From Podarcis liolepis (Eukaryota): a stretch of DNA of 64,000 nucleotides. Below the pieces are notes generated by a model, which saw nothing but the letters and a program-made list of their open reading frames with translations, did not search any database and was not told where the DNA came from. The DNA is taken from the NCBI GenBank assembly GCA_965112155.1, contig OZ218112.1. The stretch is one strand, 5' to 3'. Position 1 is the first letter of the stretch. Each line of letters starts with the position of its first letter. Shown here one piece after another: positions 62,121 through 64,000 of the stretch. The position numbers and the translations under genes are program-made.

Positions 62121-64000
62121 CAGTGTGCCTCCTCCGCATCCCCCCTCCCGTCCCGTTCTCTTTTTCCATCCAACGATCCCTGCCCACACCACAAAACCCC
62201 CTTTCTCTCCCCTTTTGGGGGCGTCCTCCAGAAAATGAGGCTATCTTTGGCTCTGGGAGACCCCTCTTCTCCCCAAGTGGGACTTACTGATTTAATCTCC
62301 CTCCTCCCTCCTTTACCCCAATCTCTGCTGCACTCCCTGATTTCCCCAAATGAGTTTTCCTCCTGCTTCAATTTCTGATCGCTCCCCATTTGTTTGCACT
62401 CCCTTTTTCTGTTGCTTCATTCCCTTGCCCCCACCCCAGCCTCTCGCCATGGCATACCTTTTTCAGTGCTTCCCTTGCCCCTACCGCCCCCCAGCACTCC
62501 CCTCTCCTCCTCCAGACCCTCTTCCTTTCCTTCTCTCTCTCTTCTCCTTCTGCTGGGATCCCTCTTCCATTCGCTCCCCTGACTCCCTCATCCTGCCAAG
62601 GGCTTTCCCCTCTCCCTCCCCCTCCAAGTCCAGAGTTCTACCCCTACACTACACTGCCCAGCCTCTGCCTAATGCTTAGTGAGAGCCTCATCCAGGGTCT
62701 GTCCATCTCTTGAAACCTCTCTCTGCTCATGCAATCTTCTGCTTATTTTAGGGCTCAGTGGCAGAGCATCTGCTCTGAATGCAGAAGGCTTCAGATTCAA
62801 TCCTCTGCATCTCTACGTGGACCTGGGTAAAAAGTCACTGCCTGAAACTCTGGAGAGCTGTTGCCAGTCAGTGTAGACCTGGAAGTAGGCAAATGCGTCT
62901 TCCTTTTTGCTCTTCAAAATATGGCAACCCGAAAGCGTATGCCCAAATCCATGGAAATCTCTTTGATCCTCTTTTTGGATATTGTCTAAGTGCCAGCCGT
63001 GTGTGTGTGTGTGTGTGTGTGCATGTGCATCTTAATGAGGACCGTGCTGGCAACTTGTTGGACACAAAAAATTAAGGAGAAAACAAGGTTCAATGGAATG
63101 GAACATCCTGACAGAGAGCATGGCTGGCTGACTTTCACACTGAAAAAGGAGAGCCCTGCACTGCAACGTTTTGGTACAGCTCAGATAGACAGACAGACAC
63201 ACAAAAATATTATAGTAGGTTCAGGTGGCATTGGCATGTAGGGACTGGACCTTTGGTGGGATCAGTATGGAGGGGAGATTTGAGAGGGAGAAACACTTCT
63301 CTGTTCTGGCTGGAAGTTTTATTCATGTGTTTTCTACCTGCTTTTATCTCTTTTTATAATTCTATACTATACTGTTACAACCTGCCTGGGACCTTATGGT
63401 AAAGGGCAGGTAAGAAATCTCAAATATACTTTTCGGACAATGTATGAATAATACTTACTCATTCATTTATCACATTTATATGCCATCTTTTATGCAAGGA
63501 GCTCAAGGTAGTGATCCCTCTCCTCAGTTAATGGTTCTCCCTCTCCCCAGTTAATCCCCAGAACAACCCTGTGAGGCAGGTTAGGCAGCCCAAGCTTGAT
63601 GGCCAAGTGGGGATTGGGACCCTGGTCTCCCAGATCCTTGTCTGACAGTTTAAGGACTGCACCACACTGGCTCAACAACAACAACAACAACAGAATAATA
63701 AATTCTTTACTTCAAAATAAATTAATGATTTCTTTTTTATAAAATAAAATTTTATAAAATACAATACATCTATTATTTATTGAAGGAAAAGAGGAAACTA
63801 CCAGCTTACGCTTATTGATGGCACTCTTAAAAGCAGGATAAAATCTGATGATTTTAGGGGTTATCATTTTTAATTAGCAATTTTCTGGGAAACGAAAAGG
63901 ATTACTGTGCTCCTTTGTTAATAATTTCAGTTGAAATTAAGGGAATGGGCACCTGAGACCAGAGCTTAAATTTATACCTAACAACTAAGGCAACTGTCAT

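Noticed and set aside
61452-62389. ORFs of 199 aa (+) and 193 aa (-) over the CpG island
   Set aside because: Low complexity, stop-poor because of GC content; one begins inside a MITE end; no domain recognised

Overview
Repeat-rich, essentially non-coding vertebrate DNA from a squamate, most likely a lacertid lizard (Sauria SINEs with ACCTTT tails, BovB, lizard-type L1/L2/CR1, hAT and Tigger MITEs). No host protein-coding exon could be supported. The long ORFs are transposon remnants or shadow ORFs. Main content: a Penelope-like remnant (0.5-1.5 kb); a deleted Ty3/Gypsy provirus (2757-4494); three solo LTRs with 5-bp TSDs (10181-10936, 41273-41756, 55828-56469); a full-length decayed Ty1/Copia element (25273-30903) inserted in an L1 and itself hit by a BovB; a decayed DIRS-order Ngaro-like element (about 36.2-38.7 kb); a Rex-Babar fragment; many SINEs and MITEs; a 194-N gap; and a CpG-rich promoter-like island near 61.5-62.1 kb. 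Most interesting pattern: four sequence-dissimilar TGTCA-type LTRs all carry a reading frame starting at base 2 of the LTR (T|GTC = Val). It encodes an acidic/Gly/Ser-rich stretch followed by an SP/Arg-rich basic tail, suggesting an LTR-encoded C-terminal extension of Pol or an LTR accessory peptide. All family assignments are by eye and from recalled motifs, not database searches.
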